Positions 10,182 to 20,029 of a stretch of DNA of 64,000 nucleotides are shown piece after piece (the stretch's first letter is position 1; every line of letters begins with the position of its first letter). The DNA is taken from the sequence record DRR723986_5581. The stretch is one strand, 5' to 3'. The position numbers were made by a program, and so were the translations under genes. The notes below the pieces were generated by a model, which was not told the DNA's origin, did no database searches, and saw only the letters and a program-made list of their open reading frames with translations.

Positions 10182-11566
10182 AGTCCAAGCCCCTCTTGCT
10201 CGCAATCGTCCGGATCTGAAAACCGGGTCCGTGGTCCGTCAAATCTCAGTTTGCAGTTGCCCAGGCGACCGCGCCGCCGCTTCACGCATTTGGCCTCTGC
10301 TAATCCATCCCATTCCTGTTTGAGCGCTTCCAACTTTGCCTCATCCCTGTCACCACGTGCGGGGATGTTCGCCAGCTTCTTGGAGGGCTGATGTACGAGC
10401 AGAATGATATCGGCCAGCTCGCGCAGATCGCCGCCCCCGTACAGATCATTCAGATAAAAATCGGGCGTTGGCCGCTCGAAATACTGTTCCTTGACCTGCG
10501 CAAGAGCCATGATCGGAACGCCGGTTTCTGCAGCGATTGGCGCCAGAGCCTTGGCGCTGGCAATCACCTTGTCTACTGGCGAGCGAGCGCTTTTGTCTTC
10601 CGGGTCAACGTGCTTGATCGTATCGATTACGACCAGGCCGCACTTGCCCCCCATCCGGTGCTTAAAGCTCTCTATGCGGGTCCGTATCCGAGAAATCCGC
10701 ATGTCGCCCGTGTAGCAAAGCTCATAAGGTAGACCGTCGAAATCCAGAGCCGCGCCGCAGATAGCTTCAATCTCGGATTGCTGCATTCCGCCGCTCTCTA
10801 TGACGGAGTGGTCAACGCTTGTTCGCGCCAGGATTTCACGCGCGGCGATTGCTTCCTGGCTCATTTCCGCTTGGATCTGCAAAACAGGCTCACGGCTGGC
10901 AATGTGCATACAGATTTGGTGCGCAAAAGCTGATTTGCCGTGTCCAGAGGGACCGCCCAATATGATCAGGTCGCCCGGTGTGATCATGCCGGCGATATTG
11001 TTGACCGGTCGCAGCCCCCAATCCGAGCCGAGGGGCTGACCCTTTTGAAAGGATCGGTTGACGCTTTCAGCAAACCGCCTTGCGGCATCGGCAAAGCTGA
11101 TGCTGTCGGCAGAGCGGTTGGCAATCATGATTGCGTCTAGATCGGTTCGCAGGGTCGCGGCGAGTGCGTCAGGTGTGTCTATCCCCTTTGTGATCCGGTC
11201 TTGAGCCCGCCGAACCATATCGGACAATGCGTCAAGCATGGCTTGCTGCGCCATCACTTCCGCCAGGTCGGAAAGGCTTACCTCGCCGCCTGCCCGGTCC
11301 AGGCAGATACCGAGGAACGACGGCAAGTCAGGAATGCCGTATTTCTCAGGGTCCAGCTTCACGCGCTCGCGCAACATCTGGATTGAAATCCGCGTTCCGC
11401 CACGAGCGAGGGCCACCATTTCGCGCCAGACAGACCGCGTAAGCTCATTTTGAAACGCACTTTCTGGAACACGGTCCGCAATCTCATTGATTGAATGCGG
11501 GCTATCGAGGATTAGGCCGATCAATTCGGCTTCCCGGTCGGGGATGTTAGGAAAATGGAAGCTCAC
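10178..11566 (-). CDS. dnaB: DnaB-like replicative helicase
   Basis: GGPSGHGKS Walker A, AEMS, LVVIDT, LAQ, ADIILLVH, KRRRG; GTGA overlap with the primase. Confidence 0.9.
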   Translation of the reverse strand: MSFHFPNIPDREAELIGLILDSPHSINEIADRVPESAFQNELTRSVWREMVALARGGTRISIQMLRERVKLDPEKYGIPDLPSFLGICLDRAGGEVSLSDLAEVMAQQAMLDALSDMVRRAQDRITKGIDTPDALAATLRTDLDAIMIANRSADSISFADAARRFAESVNRSFQKGQPLGSDWGLRPVNNIAGMITPGDLIILGGPSGHGKSAFAHQICMHIASREPVLQIQAEMSQEAIAAREILARTSVDHSVIESGGMQQSEIEAICGAALDFDGLPYELCYTGDMRISRIRTRIESFKHRMGGKCGLVVIDTIKHVDPEDKSARSPVDKVIASAKALAPIAAETGVPIMALAQVKEQYFERPTPDFYLNDLYGGGDLRELADIILLVHQPSKKLANIPARGDRDEAKLEALKQEWDGLAEAKCVKRRRGRLGNCKLRFDGPRTRFSDPDDCEQEGLGL

Positions 11567-12660
11567 GCGGCTACCCCCATGCGATCGAATAGATTGTTCC
11601 AAGTGTCGAGGAAGTCTTTGCCGGGCATCGGCTCATGCTGCAGGAGGACTTCAACGCCCTGACCGGCCGCCAGTTCTGCCAGCTTGCGCGCTTCACGGCG
11701 GCCCGTTGGATCTAGCCACCGGCCCTTGTCCGCTTGCCATTTCCACTTGTCGCCGTCCGGATAGATGGCGAGCCGTTCAATTTCCCAAGGGAGAGCGAGG
11801 CCGGAAAGCCCGTTAGCGGTTCTGCATGCCCAGACCGGCAGACCTGAAAGAAGGTGGACGCCGAAGCCGGTTTCTATCCCCTCGCAAACAGCAATATAAC
11901 TGCCGTCTTTAGGAGGATGCAGGCGAACAGCACCGCCACCACAGGGGCCAAGGCCCTTTTTAATCTTGCTGCCGTCTTCCGCGCGCAGATTGTCACCGTG
12001 CGCATCCAAGTATATGCGCCACGTTCCGACTTGCTGGCCTTCCGCCCCTTGGACGAGCGCGACAAGAGCGGGATGATATTGCCCTTTCGAGAGGAAGCAT
12101 TTCGGGTGGAACCGGAGAACATCGGGCAGCTTCCCTTCAAGGCCTTTGACACGCCTACGCAGATACTCTTCTGCCATCGTGCCTTCAATTATTCGGGCCT
12201 CGCCCCAAAGTTCCTTGGCGACATCAAGCCGGGCAAGTTCGTCACGCTCTTCTTCTTCCTGCCTACGCCGGTCCTGCTCTTCCGCTTCTGCCTGACGTTT
12301 CGCCCAGGCGGCGCGCTGTTCCGGCGTGTACTCGGTACCGCCAGACGGCGGGGCTTCACCGGTCAGCTCTTGGCAGGCCTGCGGAAAGGTCAGCCCGGCG
12401 CAGTGCATGACAAGATCAACGGCTTTCGAACCGCCCAAGGCCTTGCCAGCGTTCTGGCCTTCAGCACCCCGGCAAACCCACTTGTTTTTAGATGTGTTCA
12501 CCGCAAAGCGATCTTTTCCACCGCAGGCGGGGCACGGGCCGACGTATTCCTTACCCCCGGCAGGCTTCAGCGTTGCGCCGCACTTCTTTGCCGCGTCCAG
12601 AAGCGATACCTTGTTGGCTCGCAGCTTGTAGTCTGTCCATGCTTGATCTAGGGCGCTCAT
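11563..12660 (-). CDS. Primase with Zn-binding domain and TOPRIM
   Basis: GPCPACGGKDRF, VCEGIETG, IYPDGD, GKDFLD. Confidence 0.88.
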   Translation of the reverse strand: MSALDQAWTDYKLRANKVSLLDAAKKCGATLKPAGGKEYVGPCPACGGKDRFAVNTSKNKWVCRGAEGQNAGKALGGSKAVDLVMHCAGLTFPQACQELTGEAPPSGGTEYTPEQRAAWAKRQAEAEEQDRRRQEEEERDELARLDVAKELWGEARIIEGTMAEEYLRRRVKGLEGKLPDVLRFHPKCFLSKGQYHPALVALVQGAEGQQVGTWRIYLDAHGDNLRAEDGSKIKKGLGPCGGGAVRLHPPKDGSYIAVCEGIETGFGVHLLSGLPVWACRTANGLSGLALPWEIERLAIYPDGDKWKWQADKGRWLDPTGRREARKLAELAAGQGVEVLLQHEPMPGKDFLDTWNNLFDRMGVAA

Positions 12661-12773
12661 AGGTCCCCCCAATGGTTCGGCTTTTTCTTCTGATTGCGCC
12701 GCTCAATCCGAACCACTGCGACGAAGAGTAACGCGGCAATGCCTACGGGGATCAGGGCAAGCAAAGTGCTCAT
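12657..12773 (-). CDS. 38-aa single-TM peptide
   Basis: MSTLLALIPVGIAALLFVAVVRIERRNQKKKPNHWGDL; ATGA overlaps at both ends. Confidence 0.55.
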   Translation of the reverse strand: MSTLLALIPVGIAALLFVAVVRIERRNQKKKPNHWGDL

Positions 12774-13354
12774 GCGGCTTCCCCCATAGCGAAGAGGTCA
12801 CCGGCTGGCACTTGTGCACGTTGCAAATTCATTTGTTTTTGGAGCCAGTAGGTAATGCCAACGGCTTCTGCGGCATCCTTGGACCTGGCTTCGATCTGCA
12901 TCAGGGTACACATGTCTTTCGCGAGCTGCTTCCAGTGCTCGCGGTCTTCGCCTTTCTGCCCAGGCAAAAAGACAGAGCGCCAGCTATTCACCGCCACAAT
13001 GTGGAACGGGATATTCAGCGAAAAACAGACCTCTTGAGCGCAGTTATTCAGGTAAGCCAGCGCCGCCGCTGTGGCATCAGTTGTTGCCGGGACTTCGATT
13101 GTCTCGCCGGTTTTCTCGTCCTTTGTCGTTCGGGTCATATTGGAAACCGCCCGGCGCTCGATAGCGACGGCCTGTACTTCATTGGTTATGAGCGTGGTCC
13201 AGAGCCATTGCCGGAAATTGGCGTTTCGTTCGGCATCACAAGAAACCTTCCGCTTGCCGACCTTGGCGCTATCAAAGCGTCCAGTCTGGTAATTACGGCC
13301 GGTCGCGATGCACCAGCCGGTTTTAGTTGCTACGTCGAGCCCGCAAACGCGCAT
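12770..13354 (-). CDS. RuvC-like Holliday junction resolvase
   Basis: VCGLDVATKTGW, VAIE, DAAEAVGI. Confidence 0.75.
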   Translation of the reverse strand: MRVCGLDVATKTGWCIATGRNYQTGRFDSAKVGKRKVSCDAERNANFRQWLWTTLITNEVQAVAIERRAVSNMTRTTKDEKTGETIEVPATTDATAAALAYLNNCAQEVCFSLNIPFHIVAVNSWRSVFLPGQKGEDREHWKQLAKDMCTLMQIEARSKDAAEAVGITYWLQKQMNLQRAQVPAGDLFAMGEAA

Positions 13355-13444
13355 AATCAGGCCTCTTGCTTGGTTCTCTAGAAGGGAGCGCGGGCCTTCC
13401 ACCCGCTCGGCGGCGTTTAGCAGCCGCTTGCGTTCGTCCGGACG

Positions 13445-14125
13445 CTAGGCCGCGTCTTCGATATCGGCTTGGAAGTTGTCGCCGTCGTCGGCTTCTTCTG
13501 CCTGTTCCTCTGCGGCCTGTTCGCCCTCTTCCTTCTCAAGCCCATGGCGGAAGGCACAGCCCTTGTTCCAGGCGGCGAGCCATGCTTGGCCGAGCGGGGT
13601 TTCAAAGCTGTGCGGGCATTCGTCTTGCCCCAGACCGAGGACACCAGCACCAAAGCCCTGTTCGCTGGCCTTCTCTTCCGGGGTCTGTTCACCCGGCCCG
13701 GTAGTGAAGAGGTTGAGCTGATCGCTTTCCAGCGGCAAGCCGAGCAAACGGCAATACCGGGCGACCTTCGCCCAATGCTCCAAGGTTTCGGCCGCCTTGC
13801 CGCTTTCGATGATTGAAACCGCAGCCTTTGCCGCATCCCTGTCGACGCCCTTAGCTTCAAGGTGGGACAGGAAAGAAGTGTATTCGCCGTCTGCGCTGGC
13901 CTTCTTTTTCTTCGCAGCTCGGAATTTGGAAAGCTGGAACTGAATGACCGCGTCTTCACGGTTCACGTTGTGGCCTACTGTGCCGGCCTTCGGCGCTTTT
14001 TTGCTGGATCCGGTTTTCTTCGACCCAGACTTTGCCGGGGCTTTGGCCGTGGCCTTTTCGTCAGTCTTGCCGGTAACTCGCTTCGTTTCGCTGTGCCAAC
14101 CGCTCATATCTTCCATGGGGTTCAT
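13445..14125 (-). CDS. Phage protein: GapR/DUF2312-like region plus Rmf/CrpP-like C-terminal motif
   Basis: VGHN..helical region..LGLPL..QLNLF, then ASEQGFGAGVLG..CPH...QAWLAAWNKG. Confidence 0.55.
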   Translation of the reverse strand: MNPMEDMSGWHSETKRVTGKTDEKATAKAPAKSGSKKTGSSKKAPKAGTVGHNVNREDAVIQFQLSKFRAAKKKKASADGEYTSFLSHLEAKGVDRDAAKAAVSIIESGKAAETLEHWAKVARYCRLLGLPLESDQLNLFTTGPGEQTPEEKASEQGFGAGVLGLGQDECPHSFETPLGQAWLAAWNKGCAFRHGLEKEEGEQAAEEQAEEADDGDNFQADIEDAA

Positions 14126-14616
14126 TCCTCTTCGGTTTGCGTGGTGTTTTGGTTGCGGACGTTGGCGATCTGGCGCGACACCTGATCGCGAAGAGCTTCC
14201 AAACTGTCCAAGCAACCGGCTTGCTCTTCTGAGGTGAAAACATTGTCTGCATAGGCTCGGGACAAAGCGGCGCTTGCGGCCGCATATGCATTGGTGAGTT
14301 CAGCCAATCCGTTGAGCGCTGAAGTGTCGCCTTTGCAGGATTCCCGGCGGATCAAATCAAAGCCCGCCATGTCAGCGAGGCACTTGGTAACGGGAGGAAG
14401 GCAACCGCTCTCCACCACGTCGGCCTCAAGCTCGGCAATTGCTTTGATGGGAAAAAATCGGCGGTCCTGGCCGTCGATTGTGGTGCAGCGCTGTATTTGC
14501 GCGAGCTGCTTATATCCGGTGATTTCCCGGGCTCTCTCAGCACCGCCAGCGGCGCGCACGAGGTCTTTACTTGCGATTGACAACCGGTCGTATTCGTCGC
14601 GGCTCAGATAATCCAT
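14122..14616 (-). CDS. CII-like phage regulator
   Basis: KDLVRAAGGAERA..FFPIKAIAELEAD..PPVTKCLADMAG; downstream of cro. Confidence 0.6.
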   Translation of the reverse strand: MDYLSRDEYDRLSIASKDLVRAAGGAERAREITGYKQLAQIQRCTTIDGQDRRFFPIKAIAELEADVVESGCLPPVTKCLADMAGFDLIRRESCKGDTSALNGLAELTNAYAAASAALSRAYADNVFTSEEQAGCLDSLEALRDQVSRQIANVRNQNTTQTEEE

Positions 14617-14867
14617 GGTTACTCTCTTCCAATTTTTGCAACCGTGAAGACTTCAGAGGGCGTTCCCACCTCTTTGGACATGGAAACGAAACAGACCCCA
14701 CACCCACACTTTTTGAGGCTTGTGGCCTCAGGCACCCGCAGAGCTGACAGCCTGGCCGAGAGACTGCGGAAACGCCGGATAAGATTGGTTTGGACCCGGG
14801 ACGAGATACTTTCCGGGTCCGATCGCTCACTCCAGAAGAAGGCGAGCGGTGATGACCTTGTGCCGTT

Positions 14868-15116
14868 CTAGGCGGCCGCCATGTTCGCCGGGTGCTCTTC
14901 GCCGAGCGTCATGCGGGCAAGTGCCCCATAGTCGACCGCGGACACGTCCGTCATTTCACAGGCGGCCACGACTGCCGGCCAATACTGAACAGGGATTGAA
15001 CCGCGGCGTCTCATTTGGCGGGCCGCCTCATATCCGCAGCCCACCAACTCAGCGAAATGCTTGATTGAGCCGAAGGCTTCAAACAAAGCGTCAATGGTTT
15101 TAGGTGTGTCAGCCAT
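14868..15116 (-). CDS. cro: Cro-like HTH protein (carph-isopro type)
   Basis: FGSIKHFAELVGCGYEAARQMRRRGSIPVQYW; divergent from cI. Confidence 0.8.
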   Translation of the reverse strand: MADTPKTIDALFEAFGSIKHFAELVGCGYEAARQMRRRGSIPVQYWPAVVAACEMTDVSAVDYGALARMTLGEEHPANMAAA

Positions 15117-15124
15117 GATTGAAA

Positions 15125-15174
15125 CGTACATTTCGTACGACAAAAGCGCAAGTAAAAATCGTACACTTCGGACG
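15125..15174. promoter_or_regulatory. Operator pair between cro and cI (OR-like)
   Basis: CGTAC-N5-GTACG at 15125-15139 and CGTAC-N5-GGACG at 15160-15174. Confidence 0.75.
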
Positions 15175-15198
15175 ATAATTTCGTGCGAAACAGTTCAA

Positions 15199-15879
15199 AT
15201 GGAACCGAAAGACCGTTTGAAAGCAGCAAGAGAGCGCGCGGGATATGACTCCCCAACGGAGGCATCGCGCGTGCTTCGCACTATCAACGTCAACACCATC
15301 ATCAGCAACGAGAACGGCAACAGGCCGATTTCCAAGAAGATGGCGCAGGTCTATGCGGAAGCTTTCGGGGTTTCGGCTGGATGGCTTCTTTACGGCGACA
15401 GCGGCGAGCCGGAGCAAGAACCAAAGCCGACCAGGCGCCCAGCCCTACAAATCATCGGCGAGGTGGCTGCAGGCCATTGGCTTGAGAGCGATCTTTTCGA
15501 ACACGAGAAGACCGAGAAATCCAACCTTGCCGGCGGTGACGCCCGATATTTGCCAAGCATGCAATACCTTATGAGAGTCAACGGCGAGAGCCTTAACAAA
15601 ATCGCCCGGCATGGCGACCTCATCTTGTGTCTGGACTATGCACAGGCGGGAATTGAGTTGAAGTCGGGTGACTTGGTGGTTGCGGAACGCTCTAGAGACG
15701 GCGGCCTGACCTTCGAGCGGACCGCCAAGAGAATTGTTCGCCACAACGGTGAAATTGAACTCAGGCCGGAGAGTGACGACCCGCGCTTTCAAGAGCCGGT
15801 TATCTACAATGAGCACAGCGAAGAGGCTACCGAAGTGCGTGTAGTCGCTAAGGTTTTGGGCGTGTTTCGAGAGGTGTAG
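15199..15879 (+). CDS. cI: CI-like repressor (XRE HTH plus S24 peptidase)
   Basis: RLKAARERAG..ENGNR..VSAGWLLYG, GEVAAG cleavage region, RVNGESL, TAKR. Confidence 0.9.
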   Translation: MEPKDRLKAARERAGYDSPTEASRVLRTINVNTIISNENGNRPISKKMAQVYAEAFGVSAGWLLYGDSGEPEQEPKPTRRPALQIIGEVAAGHWLESDLFEHEKTEKSNLAGGDARYLPSMQYLMRVNGESLNKIARHGDLILCLDYAQAGIELKSGDLVVAERSRDGGLTFERTAKRIVRHNGEIELRPESDDPRFQEPVIYNEHSEEATEVRVVAKVLGVFREV

Positions 15880-15888
15880 AGGGATGAA

Positions 15889-16140
15889 ATGTTAGCGCCC
15901 GCAATCGTTTTTATAGTCGCAGTTGCAGTTGTTTTAATCGTCGGGCGACTTAGCGAAACGGGCCACATCCCTTACAAATACGGGGCACCGTTTGAATTTG
16001 CGCTGGAAAGGCTTCCAGCGTTTTTGCTTTTTGGCGGGATCGTTTTTGCGATTGCCAGCTTTCTGCTTTGGGACGGAAACCCCGTCGGAACAGATTGTTT
16101 TATCGATTGGGACGGAAGATCTAACCCGCTCTCCTGTTGA
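15889..16140 (+). CDS. Small membrane protein co-oriented with cI
   Basis: Two TM segments; position of immunity/exclusion genes. Confidence 0.55.
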   Translation: MLAPAIVFIVAVAVVLIVGRLSETGHIPYKYGAPFEFALERLPAFLLFGGIVFAIASFLLWDGNPVGTDCFIDWDGRSNPLSC

Positions 16141-16452
16141 TCTATCCTCACTCTCTAACATCAGTAAGAAAATTTCTTGTCGATAGGAGGGGGAAGGGTT
16201 CCAAGCCATAGACCCCCCTACCCCCTGGGGAAACCCAGAAGGCGGGAAATCCATGACTTGTGTCTTGTCGACCGGAGCCGGGAATGGGACACAAACGCCA
16301 GAGCGCCTTACAGCTAACTCGTCCTCTGTTTCTGGCGACACCGTAGGACTTTCGACCCCCGCGCCTGCAGTTTTCATCCAGCAGGGATTTGCACCCCGTC
16401 ACTGCAAGCGGCGACGTTAGCCACCCTCTTGTACGACCGTCAATATAAAAAT

Positions 16453-16495
16453 CGTACATTTTGTACTTGACCTCCAAACGTACGTTTCGTACGGT
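16453..16495 (+). promoter_or_regulatory. PL-like promoter with two operators
   Basis: CGTACATTTTGTACT 16453-16467 and CGTACGTTTCGTACG 16479-16493 overlap TTGACC-17nt-TACGGT. Confidence 0.75.
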
Positions 16496-16568
16496 TTGCC
16501 CATCGAAGGCGGAACGAAGACGGCAACCGGCCAGATCTTCCGCCACGGGTTTCAAGAGGAAAAAGTCA

Positions 16569-16880
16569 ATGTCCCTCAATACCGACACCTCCTTCTTTTC
16601 CGTCCTCTGCGAGTTGAGCGGAACCACCTACACCCCGGAAATGAACGTTGAAGATTTGCGCTTTTCGCAGATCGTCGCGGACATTCAGAGCGGCCAGCTT
16701 GAGAACGTGAAAGCGGTTTTCGAGTTCAACCCGGCAGAGGGTTGGTGCAACGACGTAACCGCCGACGTGATGGCGGCCGCCTTCCCCGAGCTTGAAGACG
16801 ACGGCGAAGACTATACCGATTACTCCGCCGAGCGTGTTTCCGGCGCAGTTGCTGGCGTTGAACACCGGGTGGCGGCATGA
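16569..16880 (+). CDS. Phage early hypothetical protein
   Basis: GAGGA RBS, acidic 103 aa, ATGA overlap with the next gene. Confidence 0.65.
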   Translation: MSLNTDTSFFSVLCELSGTTYTPEMNVEDLRFSQIVADIQSGQLENVKAVFEFNPAEGWCNDVTADVMAAAFPELEDDGEDYTDYSAERVSGAVAGVEHRVAA

Positions 16881-17584
16881 TCTACCAACCCGACCTTTTC
16901 CGCCAATCCGGCTTTGCAGCAAACATCAGCGCCCCCCTTCGGGTGCTGATAGCCTGCGAATGTTCTGGAACCGTACGAGACGCCTTTCTGTCTCTGGGGC
17001 ATGACGCGTGGTCTTGTGACATCAAGCCAGACGAACGCCGCAGTAACCGACACATTCAAGGCGACGTGCGAGACTATCTGGCCGACGGCTGGGACTTGCT
17101 TATGGTGGCCCATCCGCCATGCACACGCCTATGCAACTCCGGCGCTCGGTGGCTCACGTCTCCCCCGCCTGGACGGTCCTTGGACGATATGTGGCGGGAG
17201 CTCGAAGAGGGCGCCGATTTCTTCTCCGAAATGTGGAACGCGGACATTCCCCGCGTGGCGGTTGAGAACCCTGTCATGCATCGCCATGCCAAGGAGCGCA
17301 TACGGAACTTTGAGCCCCACACGCAGAGCATTCAGCCTTGGCAGTTTGGAACCGACCCCGAGGGCGCGGACAACGAGAAAAAGCGTACGTGCCTTTGGCT
17401 GCGCGGCCTACCGCCTCTTGTTCCAACCGGAACGCTGGATGGAACGACCGCGCGTGACAGCGTGCACAAAACCCCGGGCGGACGACTTCAGGCAACAAGG
17501 CGTTCGCGGTTCTTCCCGGGCATTGCAAGAGCGATGGCGGAACAGTGGGGCGGCTTTGCCCTTGAAATGGCGGTGGCAGCATGA
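16877..17584 (+). CDS. Phage C5-cytosine methyltransferase-like protein
   Basis: VLIACECSG, WSCDI, AHPPCT, VENP motifs. Confidence 0.75.
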   Translation: MIYQPDLFRQSGFAANISAPLRVLIACECSGTVRDAFLSLGHDAWSCDIKPDERRSNRHIQGDVRDYLADGWDLLMVAHPPCTRLCNSGARWLTSPPPGRSLDDMWRELEEGADFFSEMWNADIPRVAVENPVMHRHAKERIRNFEPHTQSIQPWQFGTDPEGADNEKKRTCLWLRGLPPLVPTGTLDGTTARDSVHKTPGGRLQATRRSRFFPGIARAMAEQWGGFALEMAVAA

Positions 17585-17912
17585 AGCGGCTCCCACTCCC
17601 CCCGCAACATCGCGGCGTTTCTCATTCCATTGAACGGGTTCTTTTCACGGCAATGGGCCGGGCTGGACTGGCTGCAATGATCCTTCTTGCCCTGACCATC
17701 GGAAGCCACTTCCGCCACATGTGACCCCCTGTTTGCAGCGGCACTTCCTCCCACGCTGCAACACTCCCCCGGCTGGTTTTGAGGGACGCCAGCCGGGGGC
17801 AACAATCCGAAAACGGGCCAGACCTTCTCCCCACCAACTGGCCGGTTCGCCGGCCGTCTTTTCCGCCTCTCCCGTGTGGTGAAGCGCAACAGGCAATTCA
17901 AGAAGTGAACTC

Positions 17913-18881
17913 ATGACCGAAGCAATCCAATGGAACGGTGAAACAATCACCAAACCAGGCGTGTACGTCGGCATTCCACTCGAGGAATACCACAACAATC
18001 TCGAACTGCTGGATGCACCGAGCGTTTCGAAGTCCTCGCTAAAACACTTGGTTCCAGCCCTAGGCGGGAGCCCCAAGAAGTTTTGGCACCTGTGGCGGCA
18101 GAACCCGAACCACATCATGCCAAAAGCAACCAAGGCCTTGAGCCTTGGGAAAGCAGTGCATGCCTTGCTTCTTGGCGACGAAGTCTTTTCCGAAAAGTTC
18201 GCGGTGCATCCGGCCACGTATGAAGGCCCCGACCGCAAAAAGAACATCGTTGAAAAACCGTGGAACCGCTCAGCCACCTACTGCAGCGAGTGGGAAGAAA
18301 CACAAGAGAAGGCGGGTAAGGTTATCGTCTCCCCCGACGATATCGAGAAGATCCGTCGCATTGCGGAAGACGCTGCCCGCGACCCCATGGTGCAACAAGG
18401 GATCTTGAACGGCGCTGTTGAGCGGTCCTTTTTCATCAAGGACGAGCGGACAGGTCTTTGGTTCAAGTCCCGACCGGACAACGATGCGGTGGACGGCTTC
18501 TTTGCCGATCTGAAAACCACGTCCAGCATGAGCGAAAGCTTTATTCGGCGGCAGATCAAAGACAACGGCTATTTCATCCAAGCCAGCGGAGTTCGTCGCG
18601 CAGCCCGGGAACTCGATCTGCCCTTTGACAGCTTTTGGAACGTCTACGTTTCAACCGGCGACACTCCCGACACTCAGGCCATTGAACTGGATCCGGAAGA
18701 CCTCGACCTAGGCGAGCGCGTAATCCGTCACGGCCTGGACACCATCGCCGAATGTATGGCGTCCGGCATCTGGCCCGGCGCCCGCCCCTATGAGGCCCGC
18801 CCCGTTCGCATTTGCGATTGGGACCGCGAAGCCATTGAGCAAGACCTTAAGACACCGACATTGGAGCAAGCCGCAGCATGA
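17913..18881 (+). CDS. RecE/ExoVIII-like PD-(D/E)XK exonuclease
   Basis: SKSSLK, LGKAVHALLL, KSRPD, ADLKTT, YFIQ. Confidence 0.88.
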   Translation: MTEAIQWNGETITKPGVYVGIPLEEYHNNLELLDAPSVSKSSLKHLVPALGGSPKKFWHLWRQNPNHIMPKATKALSLGKAVHALLLGDEVFSEKFAVHPATYEGPDRKKNIVEKPWNRSATYCSEWEETQEKAGKVIVSPDDIEKIRRIAEDAARDPMVQQGILNGAVERSFFIKDERTGLWFKSRPDNDAVDGFFADLKTTSSMSESFIRRQIKDNGYFIQASGVRRAARELDLPFDSFWNVYVSTGDTPDTQAIELDPEDLDLGERVIRHGLDTIAECMASGIWPGARPYEARPVRICDWDREAIEQDLKTPTLEQAAA

Positions 18882-20029
18882 ACCAGATTGCCAACAGACA
18901 ACAAGACGCCACGCCGCAAGCTGCCTTGCGCGCCGAGTTCAATTCCATGGCGGACCAATTCGCCCTTGCGCTGGACGGGCAGGTCAACGCCGACAGGTTT
19001 GTGCGTGTGGTTCTGACCGCTGTTTTCTCTGACCCCGACCTTTTGAAGGCGGATCGCAAAAGCCTTTTTGAAGCAGCAATGCGGGCTGCACAGGATCAGC
19101 TTTTACCAGACAAGCGCGAAGGCGCGTTCGTTGTCTACAAAACAAAGGTGAAGATCAACGGGGAAGACAGGTGGATCAACGCCGTCCAGTGGATGCCCAT
19201 GATCGGCGGCATCGTCAAGAAAATCCACCAATCCGGGGACGTGGCCTTTCTAACCGCCCGCGTTGTCTATGGTGGCGACATATACCGCACATGGATCGAT
19301 GACGAAGGCGAGCACGTTCAATATGAACCTGCCGAAAATCCGGACTTCGATACGGTGCGCCAGGTCTTCGCAATGGCGAAGACGAAAGACGGGACTGTCT
19401 ACGTTGAGCCCCTGACAACCCGCGACATCGAGAAAATCAGAAGCGTTTCAAAGTCGAAAGACGGCGGGCCTTGGTCCAAATGGTGGGAAGAAATGGCGAA
19501 GAAGTCGGCAGTTCGTCGGCTTTCCAAGCGCCTCAATCTATCGCCTGAGGTCCATGACATCCTCCAGCGCGACAACGCCTTTTACGATCTGTCGCAGGTA
19601 CCGAACGCGCGTCCGTCCGGAGTGGACAGGCTTTCGGCTGCACGCCAAGCACAGATCGGCCGCCCCGAAAATGCGGAAGGCTTCAGCCTCGATCACGTCA
19701 ATGCGACCACCGCACAGGCGACGGCTCAGCACATGCAAGCGGATCAAGGCGACAACGCCCGCATGCTCGACCTTTCCCCGACGGACAACGGCCCATTGCC
19801 GCAGGAGAGCGAGAGCCCGGCACCGGCCGAGGAAGCCCCGGCAGAACAGAGCGCAACCGACCCGCTGGCGTCCTTCAAGGCTGAGTTATCCAAAGCCCGG
19901 ACGCTGGGAGCTGTCGACGCGGTCAAGGCTGACTTTGCCGCAGGTCTTAATCAGCTTCGCCCCGAGGACAAGAAACAAGCCCGTTTGGCGATCAGTGAGC
20001 GGAAAGAGCAGATTGAGGCGGGCAAATGA
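18878..20029 (+). CDS. recT: RecT family recombinase
   Basis: RFVRVVLTA, AAQDQLLPD, GPWSKWWEEMAKKSAVRRLSKRL. Confidence 0.92.
   Translation: MNQIANRQQDATPQAALRAEFNSMADQFALALDGQVNADRFVRVVLTAVFSDPDLLKADRKSLFEAAMRAAQDQLLPDKREGAFVVYKTKVKINGEDRWINAVQWMPMIGGIVKKIHQSGDVAFLTARVVYGGDIYRTWIDDEGEHVQYEPAENPDFDTVRQVFAMAKTKDGTVYVEPLTTRDIEKIRSVSKSKDGGPWSKWWEEMAKKSAVRRLSKRLNLSPEVHDILQRDNAFYDLSQVPNARPSGVDRLSAARQAQIGRPENAEGFSLDHVNATTAQATAQHMQADQGDNARMLDLSPTDNGPLPQESESPAPAEEAPAEQSATDPLASFKAELSKARTLGAVDAVKADFAAGLNQLRPEDKKQARLAISERKEQIEAGK

Noticed and set aside
15934-16627. Minus-strand ORFs between cI and the early operon
   Set aside because: They overlap the operators, promoter and better-supported genes and have no recognisable motifs
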